Below, one piece after another: positions 10,774-20,745 of a stretch of 64,000 nt of DNA; position 1 is the first letter of the stretch, and each line of letters begins with the position of its first letter. The position numbers were made by a program, and so were the translations under genes. The notes under the pieces are model-generated. The model was not told where the DNA came from, did not search any database, and saw only the letters and a program-made list of their open reading frames with translations. The DNA comes from Eubacteriales bacterium (lineage in GTDB: Bacteria; Bacillota; Clostridia; Oscillospirales; CAG-272): NCBI GenBank assembly GCA_045655765.1, contig JAZOQA010000059.1, positions 1,544 through 65,543 of the forward strand, in the 5' to 3' direction.

Positions 10774-13332
10774 ATGGAACATTCATATAAAAGTCAGGAT
10801 ATAGAATTTCCCTTACAAAAAATTGTAAATAGGGATATGGAAAAGGAGGTTAAGACCTCGTTTATAGAGTATTCTATGAGCGTTATAACCTCACGTGCCC
10901 TCCCCGACGTAAGGGACGGAATGAAGCCGGGTCAAAGACGTATTATGTACGCTATGTACGAGGACAATCTTACACACGACAAGCCGTTCAGAAAATCCGC
11001 AACCACAGTCGGAAACGTGCTTGGTAGATACCACCCCCACGGTGACTCCGCCGTGTACGGAACTATGGTAAGAATGGCACAGGACTTCTCTCTCCGCTAT
11101 CCTCTTGTCGAGGGTCACGGAAACTTCGGAAACGTTGACGGCGACGGTGCTGCCGCATACCGTTATACGGAAGCAAGAATGTCTAAAATTGCCGATTATA
11201 TGATGAGGGATATAGAGAAAAAGGTTGTCCCTATGACTCGCAACTTCGACAACACGAGAGATGAGCCTACTGTTCTTCCCTCAAGATTTCCGAATTTGCT
11301 CGTAAACGGCTCTGTCGGCATTGCGGTCGGTATGGCGACGAATATTCCCCCTCACAATCTTTCCGAGGTTGTAGACGGAGTAATCCACAGGATTGAAAAC
11401 CCCGAATGCACCCTTGACGACGTTATGCTACACATAAAAGGCCCCGATTTTCCCACTGCGGCAATAATTTACGGCTCAAAGGGAATAAGAGATGCTTACG
11501 AAACGGGTAAGGGCAAGGTCTACGTCAGGGCAAGAGGAACGGTTGAAGATGAGCATAAGAGAATTATTTTCACTGAAATTCCTTATATGGTCAACAAATC
11601 TATGCTTGTTGAGAGCATTGCAAACCTCGTAAAGGAAAAGAAAATAGAGGGTATCACCGCCCTGAGAGACGAATCGGGCAGAGGCGGTATGAGAATTGTA
11701 GTTGAGTACAGACGTGACGCAAACGGCGAGGTTATACTCAATCAGCTCTACAAATATACCCAGCTTCAGGACACCTGCTCTATAAATATGCTCGTTATAG
11801 ACGGCGGCGAGCCTAAAACGCTGTCACTAATCGAGATACTCGACAAGTACATAGGCTTCCAAAGAGAAATAATAACCAAAAGAACGCAGTTCGACCTTGA
11901 CAAGGCGGAGCGTGAGATGCATATTCTCGAGGGATATAAAATTGCAACGGACAACATCGACGAGGTTATAAAAATTATCAAGTCGAGCGAGTCTGTTCCC
12001 GCAGCGAAGAGCGCACTCTGTGAAAGATTCGGTCTTTCCGACGCACAGTCGCAGGCAATAGTCGAGATGACACTCGGCAAGCTCTCGGGTCTTGAAAGAC
12101 AAAAGGTTGAGGAAAGAATTGCAAAGCTCGAGTCTATAGTAGAGGAGCTTCGAGGAATTCTTGCCGACCCGAAAAAGGTTGACGCTATAATAACAGAGGA
12201 GCTTTCCGAAATCAAAAATAAATTCGGCGACCAAAGAAGAAGCGAGCTTGTCGAGGCTACCGAGGAGATTGACCTTGAGGACCTTATCGAGCGTCACACC
12301 TGCGTAATTACCGTCAGCCATACGGGCTACATCAAGCGTCAGAAGGCAAGCTCCTACACCGCACAGAACAGAGGTGGCAAGGGTATTATAGGAATGACGA
12401 CCAAGGAAGATGACTACGTTGAGGACGTAATTGTAGCAAACAGCCATTCTCTGCTTATGTTCTTTACAAACAAGGGCAGAGTCTACGGCAAAAAGGCATA
12501 CAGAGTTCCCGAGGCATCAAGAACGGCAAAGGGTACCAATCTTGTCAACATTATCAATCTTACCGAGGGCGAGTTTGTAACGTCTATAATTCCTATTACG
12601 GAATTTGTCGAGGGCGAGTACCTCACGATGATTACAAAGAGGGGCGTTATAAAGAGAACGCTTCTTCGTGACTTTGAATATCAAAGAAGTGCGGGAAAGA
12701 TTGCAATAAATCTCGACGAGGACGACGAGCTGCTCTTCGTAAGACATACAAACGGCACTGAAAACATAATTATAGCAACGAGAAACGGTCTTGCCGTAAG
12801 ATTTGACGAAAACAACGTCAGATGTATGGGCAGAGGCGCAAGAGGAGTTCGAGGCATTTCGCTCGTCGGTGACGACGTTGTCGTCGGTGTTGCAAGAGTT
12901 GAGGAGGATAAGACTCTTCTCACCGTCACAGAGGGCGGTATGGGTAAGAGAACGTCCTTTGACGACTTCCGTGAAATGAAAAACAGAGGCGGAAAGGGCG
13001 TAAGCTGCCACAAGATTAGCGAGAAGACGGGCAAGCTTGCCTCTATTATAACGGTTTCTGACGACGATGACATTATGCTCATAACCAATGAGGGTACTAT
13101 AATAAGAACCTCCGTTTCGAGCATAAACGTTTATTCGAGGACGGCTACGGGCGTTATTGTAATGCGTCTTTCCGACGGATGCACCATTAATAATGTCGCA
13201 AGGCTTGAAAAGCAGGAGGAAATAGAAAAATCGAGCGAGGAAATTGAGCGAGAGATAGAAAATATGCCCCCTGTTTCGGAAAATACCGAAAAGGAAGAAG
13301 TAATTTCGGACGAAAACGATGAAAACGCTTAA
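10774..13332 (+). CDS. gyrA: DNA gyrase subunit A
   Basis: 852 aa. Active-site region [24 protein letters not shown], and an acidic C-terminal tail. Confidence 0.97.
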   Translation: MEHSYKSQDIEFPLQKIVNRDMEKEVKTSFIEYSMSVITSRALPDVRDGMKPGQRRIMYAMYEDNLTHDKPFRKSATTVGNVLGRYHPHGDSAVYGTMVRMAQDFSLRYPLVEGHGNFGNVDGDGAAAYRYTEARMSKIADYMMRDIEKKVVPMTRNFDNTRDEPTVLPSRFPNLLVNGSVGIAVGMATNIPPHNLSEVVDGVIHRIENPECTLDDVMLHIKGPDFPTAAIIYGSKGIRDAYETGKGKVYVRARGTVEDEHKRIIFTEIPYMVNKSMLVESIANLVKEKKIEGITALRDESGRGGMRIVVEYRRDANGEVILNQLYKYTQLQDTCSINMLVIDGGEPKTLSLIEILDKYIGFQREIITKRTQFDLDKAEREMHILEGYKIATDNIDEVIKIIKSSESVPAAKSALCERFGLSDAQSQAIVEMTLGKLSGLERQKVEERIAKLESIVEELRGILADPKKVDAIITEELSEIKNKFGDQRRSELVEATEEIDLEDLIERHTCVITVSHTGYIKRQKASSYTAQNRGGKGIIGMTTKEDDYVEDVIVANSHSLLMFFTNKGRVYGKKAYRVPEASRTAKGTNLVNIINLTEGEFVTSIIPITEFVEGEYLTMITKRGVIKRTLLRDFEYQRSAGKIAINLDEDDELLFVRHTNGTENIIIATRNGLAVRFDENNVRCMGRGARGVRGISLVGDDVVVGVARVEEDKTLLTVTEGGMGKRTSFDDFREMKNRGGKGVSCHKISEKTGKLASIITVSDDDDIMLITNEGTIIRTSVSSINVYSRTATGVIVMRLSDGCTINNVARLEKQEEIEKSSEEIEREIENMPPVSENTEKEEVISDENDENA

Positions 13333-13981
13333 AAGAATAGTGTCTGTGCTTTTGCTTGCCGCAACCCTAATTTCATCACTCTACTCCTGCGGTGCAGACG
13401 TAGATGAAAAAGAGGTGCTTGCGGCGGCAAGGCCGCTAATAGAAAAGTCGGATATTTTAGAGGACATCCTCTTTGGCGAGGGCATAAGCTACAGCCTATC
13501 AGGTGTCGGAATTTCATATAAGGAAGCAGACGAAAATCACGTAGACTATTACGAGGAGCGTCTTGGAGAAAAATTTAACACCGTAAGTGATCTTAAAAGC
13601 ATTATGAATAAGGTCTATACAGTGGGCTTCATCTCCGATATTTGCTCGGGCGTTTTGAGCGAAGATCTCTACACGGGTACCCGTTATTACCAAAACGGCG
13701 AAAAAATTATGGTTTTGCTCAACTACAAAAAGCTGAAGGTAGACGAGATAGTATACGACTTTGACACTCTTGCCCTTGAGGAGTCAAGAGGCGAAAAGAC
13801 GGTCGTTGTGAGAATAGACGTAGAAATCATTCGCTCGGAAGAAAAGAGCCAAAAAAGAACCTTAAATATTACGATGAAAAAGGAATCGGACAAATGGAAG
13901 CTCGATTCCCCCACCTATGCGGTATATAGTGACAAGTATCAGGATTACAAGGATCTTGAAGAAGAGCTTAACAAAAAATAA
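13319..13981 (+). CDS. hypothetical lipoprotein
   Basis: 220 aa with signal peptide and lipobox (LISSLYSCGAD). Overlaps the gyrA end by 14 nt. No recognisable domain. Confidence 0.6.
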   Translation: MKTLKRIVSVLLLAATLISSLYSCGADVDEKEVLAAARPLIEKSDILEDILFGEGISYSLSGVGISYKEADENHVDYYEERLGEKFNTVSDLKSIMNKVYTVGFISDICSGVLSEDLYTGTRYYQNGEKIMVLLNYKKLKVDEIVYDFDTLALEESRGEKTVVVRIDVEIIRSEEKSQKRTLNITMKKESDKWKLDSPTYAVYSDKYQDYKDLEEELNKK

Positions 13982-14007
13982 TTTTCTTTAAAACCGGGAG
14001 ATAAAAA

Positions 14008-14448
14008 ATGACACTTAATCAAAAACTAGTCGTACTAAGAAAAAAAGCGGGAATAACACAGGGCGAGCTTGCTGCATCGCTTGAGGTCTCCCGTCAGTCC
14101 GTACACAAGTGGGAGTCAGGACAGTGCTATCCGGAGGTTCCAAAGCTGATAAAGCTTAAAGAAATTTTTGAAGTAAGCATCGACGATCTTCTTGATGACG
14201 GTGTTGAAATCGCACTTCCCGAAAAGAAGAGAGTGAGAAGCGTAAGGGTAGAAGAGTCCATAGGTGAAAAGATAGAAGTAAGCACCGAGGAAAATAAGCA
14301 AAACAAAAATAACGCCGAAAATATAATAGAGGAAATAAAGGTTGAGGTAATAGACTCCGCCACATACGAAGAGGAAAAAGAAGAAGAAACGCCTTTGATA
14401 GAGGAGAAGAAAAAGGGCTTCTTTGGCAGAATTTTCGGAAGAAGGTAA
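14008..14448 (+). CDS. XRE-family helix-turn-helix transcriptional regulator with E/K-rich tail
   Basis: N-terminal HTH_3 pattern LRKKAGITQGELAASLEVSRQSVHKWESGQCYP. Confidence 0.8.
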   Translation: MTLNQKLVVLRKKAGITQGELAASLEVSRQSVHKWESGQCYPEVPKLIKLKEIFEVSIDDLLDDGVEIALPEKKRVRSVRVEESIGEKIEVSTEENKQNKNNAENIIEEIKVEVIDSATYEEEKEEETPLIEEKKKGFFGRIFGRR

Positions 14449-14552
14449 GTCTTTTTAAAATTTTATAAATTTTCGCCCCAAAATTAAAATAGGCGTATAT
14501 AAAGCTCCGAATGAGTCAACCATCTTTTCTGTGAGAGGAGATTTTTGGAGCT

Positions 14553-14819
14553 GTGAGAGGTTATCAGAAAAAAATAGTTTGCTTAAAAAAGACAGACAGC
14601 CCTATAATTGATGAGGCTTATTTTGTGCTGTCGGGTGGCGTCGATTTCGGATGCCAGAGAGAGAATTTGATAAAGGAAGCAAACAGAATTATTGAAGAAA
14701 ACACGGGTGAAAAGAAAAAAAGAGACGGAAGATTTCTCTTTTTCTGCCTTGGCGTTTTGTCTTCCTCGGCAGTAGCACTTGTGCTGTTTATTTTAACACG
14801 TCTATGGGGGTTTATCTGA
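14553..14819 (+). CDS. hypothetical small membrane-anchored protein
   Basis: 88-aa ORF with GTG start behind GAGGAG/GGAG and a C-terminal TM helix FLFFCLGVLSSSAVALVLFIL. No family recognised. Confidence 0.4.
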   Translation: MRGYQKKIVCLKKTDSPIIDEAYFVLSGGVDFGCQRENLIKEANRIIEENTGEKKKRDGRFLFFCLGVLSSSAVALVLFILTRLWGFI

Positions 14820-14906
14820 AATTACCGCCTTTTCTTAAAACAAAAGCCTTTTGAATGTGAAGAATTTTCATTTTAAAAGGCGTGATACATAAGGTAAGGA
14901 ACATAT

Positions 14907-16850
14907 ATGAAAGAAAACAAAGAAATTGAAAGAGCAAAGCCAACAAAGAATTTGCAAAAAAAGAACAAGCCTAAAAACAAATCGGGCGTGCAAATGAAGC
15001 GACAGCCAAGCTCTGCAAAAAAACAAGAGAAGGAAATTACTTCTCAAAGAAAAGAAAAGCCGCAAAAAAAACAAATAAAAGAGCGGCAAAAGCTGCAGCC
15101 TATGCAGAAAGAGACTCAAAGAACAGAGTCCCAACGCCGCCGTCCGCAGATTCAAAAAATGCGTAAAAATGATAAAAAACGCAACACGCCCCCCCACCCT
15201 CTTCGTATAATCCCCCTTGGAGGTCTTCAAGAGATAGGTAAAAATATGACCGCATTCGAGTACGGCGACGAGATTGTTGTAATTGACTGCGGAATGGGCT
15301 TTCCGGACGATGATATGCTCGGCGTTGACCTCGTTATACCCGATATTTCGTATCTTGTACAAAATGCTCACAAGGTTAAGGGCATACTAATAACACACGG
15401 TCACGAGGACCACATAGGCTCTATACCCTACGTGCTTTCACAGCTTGACGTGCCGATTTACGGAACGCGCCTATCCCTCGGTATAATAGAGGGCAAGCTT
15501 GATGAAAATCCCCCGCCACACACCCCCCGCTTAAACACCGTTGAGGCAGGAGACGTGGTAAAGCTCGGATCGTTCAGTGCTGAATTTATTCACGTCAACC
15601 ACTCCATAGCCGACGCCTGTGCGATAGCACTCTTCACCCCCGCAGGCACGGTGCTTCACTCGGGTGACTTCAAGCTCGACGTCTCGCCCATTGACGGCAA
15701 GATAATAGACATAACACGTCTTGGCACTCTTGGCAAGGAGGGTGTTGACCTTTTGCTCTGCGAGTCCACAAATGCGGAAAGAGGCGGCTACACGCCCTCG
15801 GAGAGGACCGTAGGCTCTTCGCTTGAGAGAATATTCTCTCAGTATGAGGACAAGAGGCTGATTATTGCCACGTTTTCCTCAAACGTACACAGAGTTCAGC
15901 AGATAATAAATGCGAGTGCCGCACATTCAAGAAAGGTTGCTGTGCTTGGAAGAAGTATGGTCAACGTAATCGGAGCGGCGACAGAGCTTGGATATATGGA
16001 TTTACCCGACGGGGTTTTGGTTGATGTTTCCGAAATCAAAAAATATAAGCCCGAGGAGCTGACGCTCATTACAACGGGCAGCCAGGGTGAGCCGATGTCG
16101 GCTCTTTACAGAATAGCATTCTCCGAGCACGACAAGGTGAAGCTCTCGTCGGGTGACGTTGTGGTGCTTTCGGCAAGTGCAATCCCCGGCAACGAAAAGC
16201 TCGTCGGAAAGATAATAAACGCCCTCGTCAGAAACGGCGTAAAGGTTGTGAACGACTCGACAGAGGACGTCCACGTTTCAGGGCACGCCTGCAAGGAAGA
16301 AATAAAGCTTCTTATGGCACTTACAAGGCCTAAGTATTTTATGCCGATTCACGGAGAGGACAGACATCTTTATGCAAACAAGGAAACAGCCGAGTTTATG
16401 GGCATTCCCTCACAGAACATATTCGTCTCGGAGATTGGTCGGGTGCTTGAATTAAGTCCTGCTGGTGCGAGGTTTTCGGGAAGTGTGCCAAGCGGAAAGG
16501 TTCTTGTGGACGGCTCGGGTGTCGGCGACATCGGCAGTGTTGTACTTCGAGACAGAAAGCACCTCGCAGAGGACGGACTCGTTGTAGTCGTTGCAACGGT
16601 CGATATGACCTACGGCGAAATCGTCTCGGGCCCCGATATAGTTTCGCGCGGCTTTGTGTACGTCAAGGAATCCGAGGAACTGATGAACGGTGCCAAGCGT
16701 GTGGTGACGTCCGCACTTGAAAGAGTGCTCGCTCGCAGAGCTTACGACTTTGCGGAGATAAAAATGACAATAAGAGAGGAGCTTGCACGCTTTATCACAA
16801 AGGAAACAAAGCGTAAGCCGATGATTCTCCCCGTCATTATGGACGTTTAA
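14907..16850 (+). CDS. rnj: ribonuclease J with about 90-aa lysine/glutamine/arginine-rich N-terminal extension
   Basis: Metallo-beta-lactamase motif THGHEDHIG plus beta-CASP and C-terminal domain. RBS AAGGTAAGGA precedes ATG 14907. The internal Met at 15159 has no RBS. Confidence 0.9.
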   Translation: MKENKEIERAKPTKNLQKKNKPKNKSGVQMKRQPSSAKKQEKEITSQRKEKPQKKQIKERQKLQPMQKETQRTESQRRRPQIQKMRKNDKKRNTPPHPLRIIPLGGLQEIGKNMTAFEYGDEIVVIDCGMGFPDDDMLGVDLVIPDISYLVQNAHKVKGILITHGHEDHIGSIPYVLSQLDVPIYGTRLSLGIIEGKLDENPPPHTPRLNTVEAGDVVKLGSFSAEFIHVNHSIADACAIALFTPAGTVLHSGDFKLDVSPIDGKIIDITRLGTLGKEGVDLLLCESTNAERGGYTPSERTVGSSLERIFSQYEDKRLIIATFSSNVHRVQQIINASAAHSRKVAVLGRSMVNVIGAATELGYMDLPDGVLVDVSEIKKYKPEELTLITTGSQGEPMSALYRIAFSEHDKVKLSSGDVVVLSASAIPGNEKLVGKIINALVRNGVKVVNDSTEDVHVSGHACKEEIKLLMALTRPKYFMPIHGEDRHLYANKETAEFMGIPSQNIFVSEIGRVLELSPAGARFSGSVPSGKVLVDGSGVGDIGSVVLRDRKHLAEDGLVVVVATVDMTYGEIVSGPDIVSRGFVYVKESEELMNGAKRVVTSALERVLARRAYDFAEIKMTIREELARFITKETKRKPMILPVIMDV

Positions 16851-16910
16851 TTTATAAAAGCGGAAAAGCATTGCAAAAAACGAAAAAAGCTACCTAACTT
16901 TAAAAGAAAT

Positions 16911-16946
16911 AAAAGCTCTTGCGGCAAAAACCGCAAGAGCTTTTTT
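16911..16946. terminator. bidirectional rho-independent terminator (rnj / convergent membrane protein gene)
   Basis: AAAAGCTCTTGCGG-CAAAAA-CCGCAAGAGCTTTTTT, an 11-bp GC-rich stem flanked by an A-run and a T-run. Confidence 0.85.
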
Positions 16947-16958
16947 ATATAAAATACA

Positions 16959-17552
16959 TCAATCGAGCAAATCGTCAAGGAAATCAAGTATTTCAGGGAG
17001 GAAGAACATAAGACAGAAAAAGATAGAAACAAAGAAAACCGAAATAAGGATGTTCTGCCAAACAGAGGTCGTGCCCTTCATAAGGATTGCGTGTGCATCA
17101 AGGGCTTTCTCCTCGGGAATATAGAAGAGCGTTTCTTCAAAATCAATGCGAAGCGAGCTTGAATTTACCTCGCCTGCCGCCTCGAGCTTTCTTGAGCGTC
17201 TCTTTTTTCTCTTAATAATTTTTAAGTACTCCTCCGGGGTTATTTCCTCTGTACCGACTCGTGTGATAATGCGAGAGAGGCGAGTGCCGACCTCAAGCAA
17301 GCGGCGTGTGGTCAAGGTGTCTTTAATTCCTATTTGAGAGAGAGTTTTGGCACTCTCTTCGCTCTTTGCCCCGTGGCGTGTAAGCTGCTTTATTATTTTG
17401 ACCGCCGTGTTTTTTCTATGATTGGAAATAAACACGCCGACGCATAAAAGGCAAGTAATAGCTGCCAAAAAGACGCTGATATAAAAATCAAATCCGCCGA
17501 ATGAATCGTAATCCTTTAAATTAACCGAAAGGTATTTTTCGTATAAGCTCAA
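16959..17552 (-). CDS. hypothetical membrane protein
   Basis: 197 aa with N- and C-terminal TM helices and a basic KRKKRRSRK stretch. No family recognised. Confidence 0.5.
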   Translation of the reverse strand: MSLYEKYLSVNLKDYDSFGGFDFYISVFLAAITCLLCVGVFISNHRKNTAVKIIKQLTRHGAKSEESAKTLSQIGIKDTLTTRRLLEVGTRLSRIITRVGTEEITPEEYLKIIKRKKRRSRKLEAAGEVNSSSLRIDFEETLFYIPEEKALDAHAILMKGTTSVWQNILISVFFVSIFFCLMFFLPEILDFLDDLLD

Positions 17553-17660
17553 ATCAAGCCATCTCCCCTCGTTTTTTATATTAGTATACCTTAAAGCGTG
17601 GCGTTTTGCAATAAGTAAATGAAAAAGTTAAATGAATGTTTAAAAATAAACCGTTAGAAA

Positions 17661-17680
17661 ATGTAAATTAAAGTTTACAT
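17661..17680. repeat. 20-bp palindromic box (reverse orientation, exact)
   Basis: ATGTAAATTAAAGTTTACAT, the reverse complement of the copy at 28186. Confidence 0.8.
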
Positions 17681-17780
17681 TTATGTGTCAAACCATACCC
17701 CGTGTTAAAAACCGGGTTTTTGCCCTTGAGAAAATAAGCTTTTGTTTTTTAGTTTTTATGTCAAAAAGACTTTTTCTATT

Positions 17781-17813
17781 AAAAAGGGATAGAGCCGCTC
17801 TCTATCCCTTTTT
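17781..17813. terminator. terminator downstream of parB
   Basis: AAAAAGGGATAGAG-CCGCT-CTCTATCCCTTTTT, a 9-bp stem with flanking A/T runs. Confidence 0.8.
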
Positions 17814-17889
17814 GTGTTTCTCAATTTTCGATTTAATTCACCACGGGTGCGGGTGTCTTAATATTTACCCTGCTACCCTTATAATAGTC

Positions 17890-18783
17890 TTACTCTTCAA
17901 GAAAAGCCTTACCGCAAAGAATCACGAGCAAATCGTCAAGGTCCTCGTTGTCCTCGTAATATAGGGTGAGAGACTTCTTTCTACCCTTGCCCTCTATTTT
18001 GACACGTCTGCCGAGGTGGGACTGCATACGAACCTCAAGCTCCTTAAAATAATCAACTACGGGAAGAGTCTCTTCGTCCTCTTCGATTTGCAGCTTCTGT
18101 CTGTTGATTTTCTTTACCTCTTCTTCAAGCTGACGCACCGAGAAGTCCTGCTCAACAGTACGCTTTGCAAGGAGAATCATATTGTCGCGGTTCTTAACAC
18201 CGAGCAGCGTCCTTGCGTGACCCGCACTGATTTGGCACGATGAAACAAGAGCCAAAACCTCGTCGGGCAAATCAAGAAGCCGCAGAGTGTTCGCAACGGC
18301 ACTTCTTGACTTTCCAACCCTCTGTGAAAGCTCCTCTTGAGTCATTCCGTACTCGTCCTGCAAGGACTTGTAGCCGAGTGCCTCCTCAAGGGGATTTAAG
18401 TCCTCTCTCTGTATATTTTCAATCAAGGCAATTTCCGCCGCTTTTCTGTCGTCCTTGTCGAGAACTATGGCGGGGATTTCCGTAAGACCTGCAAGCTTCG
18501 ATGCTCTGAAGCGTCTTTCGCCTGCTATAATTTGATAGCGACCCTCGCCGTACTCACGTACAAGTATAGGCTGAAGCAGTCCGTTTTCCAAAATCGAGGC
18601 GGAAAGCTCCTCAAGAGCTGCCTTGTCAAAATATTTTCTCGGCTGATCGCTTTTTGGGTCAACGAGCGAAATTTTGAGATGTGAAATCCTGCTATCCTTG
18701 TCCGAGTCCGTCTCAACAAGCGTATTTTCAAGAAAAATTGCGTCAAGTCCTCTTCCAAGCCCGCTGTTTTTCTTTTTTGCCAT
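17890..18783 (-). CDS. parB: chromosome partitioning protein ParB / Spo0J
   Basis: 297 aa. MAKKKNSGLGRGLDAIF N-terminus, ParB box GERRFRA, HTH region. Confidence 0.93.
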   Translation of the reverse strand: MAKKKNSGLGRGLDAIFLENTLVETDSDKDSRISHLKISLVDPKSDQPRKYFDKAALEELSASILENGLLQPILVREYGEGRYQIIAGERRFRASKLAGLTEIPAIVLDKDDRKAAEIALIENIQREDLNPLEEALGYKSLQDEYGMTQEELSQRVGKSRSAVANTLRLLDLPDEVLALVSSCQISAGHARTLLGVKNRDNMILLAKRTVEQDFSVRQLEEEVKKINRQKLQIEEDEETLPVVDYFKELEVRMQSHLGRRVKIEGKGRKKSLTLYYEDNEDLDDLLVILCGKAFLEE

Positions 18784-18876
18784 TGCTTAAAACCTCCGTG
18801 ATGGTCAAAATATCAAAATATGGAAAAATATGGTAAAAAATAGATTAAAATGCTGTTTATAACAGAAAAACGTCAT

Positions 18877-18892
18877 TGTTTCACGTGAAACG
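18877..18892. promoter_or_regulatory. parS site (15/16 match)
   Basis: TGTTTCACGTGAAACG versus consensus TGTTNCACGTGAAACA. Confidence 0.8.
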
Positions 18893-18994
18893 TGAAAGAA
18901 TTTAACATTTTCAACAAAACTAATGTTGAAAAGCCTCAAAATCACCCCTATTATATATAACTATAATATAAATGAAGAAAAGTATAGAAAATCT

Positions 18995-19010
18995 TGTTTC
19001 ACGTGAAACA
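18995..19010. promoter_or_regulatory. parS site (perfect)
   Basis: TGTTTCACGTGAAACA. Confidence 0.9.
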
Positions 19011-19107
19011 TACGCTATTTTCACAAAAAACGTAAACTTTTTTGCAAAAACACTCTTTTTATTTTTTAAAAAATCAAATTAAAAAAACGTTGAAAAACAT
19101 CAAAAAA

Positions 19108-19385
19108 TGCTTTTAAAATAGCCAGAGCTGTAAAAATCAGCTCTAAAATAGAAGATTTTTGAAAAAATTACTTCAAAAACGGTTTGAAATGAAAAAGTCA
19201 GCTTCAACAATAGCCTGAGCCGAAATACCGGCTTTAAAACGGTCAGAGTTTAAAAAATAACTTCAAAAATAGCCTGAGCCGAAAATTCCGCTTCAAAAGC
19301 TGCCTGAGCCGAAAAATTTAACTTTTAAGTAGTCTGAACTGAAAAGTTGGCTCGAAAATAGCCCGAGCAGCTTTTTGATTTTCAA
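19108..19385. repeat. degenerate tandem array, about 9-10 units of about 30 bp (consensus GCTTCAAAATAGCCTGAGCCGAAAANNNN)
   Basis: Read directly. Units start near 19108, 19139, 19170, 19200, 19230, 19260, 19289, 19320, 19349 and 19380. Best-conserved units are at 19200, 19260 and 19289. Confidence 0.8.
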
Positions 19386-19462
19386 ATTTCAAACAGAATG
19401 GGCGGAAGCCCTGCCCTTTCTTTTCTTGCTCGTTGCAAAAAAATATTAAATATTTATATTAT

Positions 19463-20227
19463 TTATATACGCATCATAAGCTCTTTTGCCACGGCGGCGT
19501 ATTCGAGCGAGCCTTTGCCGTACGGGTCGTGATAGCAAATAGGCTTTCCGTAGCCGGGAGCCTCGGACAAGCGCACGGTTCGTGAAATAGGAACCTTGAA
19601 CAGTATATCCGAGTAATATTTTTTAAGCTCGGCAACAACCTGATACGTCAGCGTGAGCCTGCCGTTATACATTGTGAGGAGAATTCCGACGATTTGCAGG
19701 CTTGGATTGTAGAGCTGGCGTATTTTTTTGACCGTGTTCAGCAGCTGCGACATACCCTCAAGCGAGTAAAACTCGCACTGCATAGGAATTACGATTCCAT
19801 CAGAGATGGAAAGAGCCTTGACGGTCAGCATTCCGAGCGATGGTGGACAGTCTATAAATATGTAATCGAAACGGTCTTTTACAGAATCGAGGGCAATTTG
19901 TGCGAAGTTCTCCGTGTTTTCCTCAAGGTCGTAAAGCTCAAGCTCTGCGCCTGCGAGGTCAATGTTTGCCGGAACAACGTAAAGATTTTTAAAAGCGGTC
20001 TTAATTATCGCTTCTTCAATGTCGCAACGACCTATTATAACGTCGTATATGGTTTTTTTGATTTTGGATTTGGGGAGTCCAAGCCCGCTCGTTGCGTTAC
20101 CCTGTGGGTCCATATCTATCATCAGAACCTTTTTGCCCTTGTTAGCGATTTGTGCGGCAATGTTAACGCAAGAGGTGGTTTTTCCTACTCCACCCTTCTG
20201 GTTTGAGAATGAGACAACCTTTGCCAT
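19463..20227 (-). CDS. parA: chromosome partitioning ATPase ParA / Soj
   Basis: 254 aa with deviant Walker A NQKGGVGKTT. Confidence 0.95.
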   Translation of the reverse strand: MAKVVSFSNQKGGVGKTTSCVNIAAQIANKGKKVLMIDMDPQGNATSGLGLPKSKIKKTIYDVIIGRCDIEEAIIKTAFKNLYVVPANIDLAGAELELYDLEENTENFAQIALDSVKDRFDYIFIDCPPSLGMLTVKALSISDGIVIPMQCEFYSLEGMSQLLNTVKKIRQLYNPSLQIVGILLTMYNGRLTLTYQVVAELKKYYSDILFKVPISRTVRLSEAPGYGKPICYHDPYGKGSLEYAAVAKELMMRI

Positions 20228-20279
20228 AAAACACCTCAGTTTACCGAAAAAATACGGTTTTTAAACACTCTTTCATCAT

Positions 20280-20309
20280 ATTATACCATTTTGGTGTGTG
20301 TGTTGTCAA
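20280..20309 (-). promoter_or_regulatory. sigma-A-type promoter of parA
   Basis: Minus strand reads TTGACA (20309-20304), 18-nt spacer, TGgTATAAT (extended -10, TATAAT at 20285-20280). The spacer contains (CA)5. Confidence 0.7.
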
Positions 20310-20526
20310 TATATTTTAATATATTTATTTAAGATTTTAATACAAATTTTGGAAAACTGTGCCAATTCTCGACAAGACGTTTCATAGATGTGCCAAGCGA
20401 GGGTCTGGAGCGGAACGGCACAGGTGTACCCGCTGCTTGTTGCTCTCTATGGCGATGTTGCTGATGGAATGACGTCGTTTTCTAAAGGCGAGGAGAGATT
20501 TTTAGAATAAAATTGCTTCTGAGAGT

Positions 20527-20745
20527 GTTTGATCTGCATTTCTTGATCTTCGTAATATGTTTGATGCCTGCGTTTGATCTGTGTAATATCCTTGTCGGCA
20601 GCACTTAACCTGCGTTATTTGTTTGACGGTGGCACTTAATCTACGTAATATGCTTGACAGTGGCGTTCGATTTGCGTAATATGCTTATCGACGGGATTTT
20701 ATCTATGGAATGTGCTTGTCAAGGGTTGTTTTATGCACTATTTTT
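20527..20745 (+). repeat. degenerate tandem array, about 7 units of 30-32 bp (consensus NTTNATCTRCGTAATATGCTTGACNGTGGC)
   Basis: Read directly. Unit junctions form TTGACA-17nt-TAATAT (for example 20654-20682), which are promoter-like elements all pointing in the + direction. Confidence 0.8.

Noticed and set aside
20380-20500. GC-richer patch (GTGCCAAGCGAGGGTCTGGAGCGGAACGGCAC...) considered as an SRP RNA, riboswitch or other known ncRNA, or as an rsmG/noc pseudogene remnant.
   Set aside because: I could not match it to any conserved ncRNA motif I know, and no frame gives a recognisable protein fragment. It is kept only as part of the gene-free-region finding.
19108-20745. Possibility that the two tandem arrays are CRISPR arrays.
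   Set aside because: The period is about 30 bp with no alternation of conserved repeat and unique spacer. The units are degenerate copies of one another, and there are no cas genes in the window.
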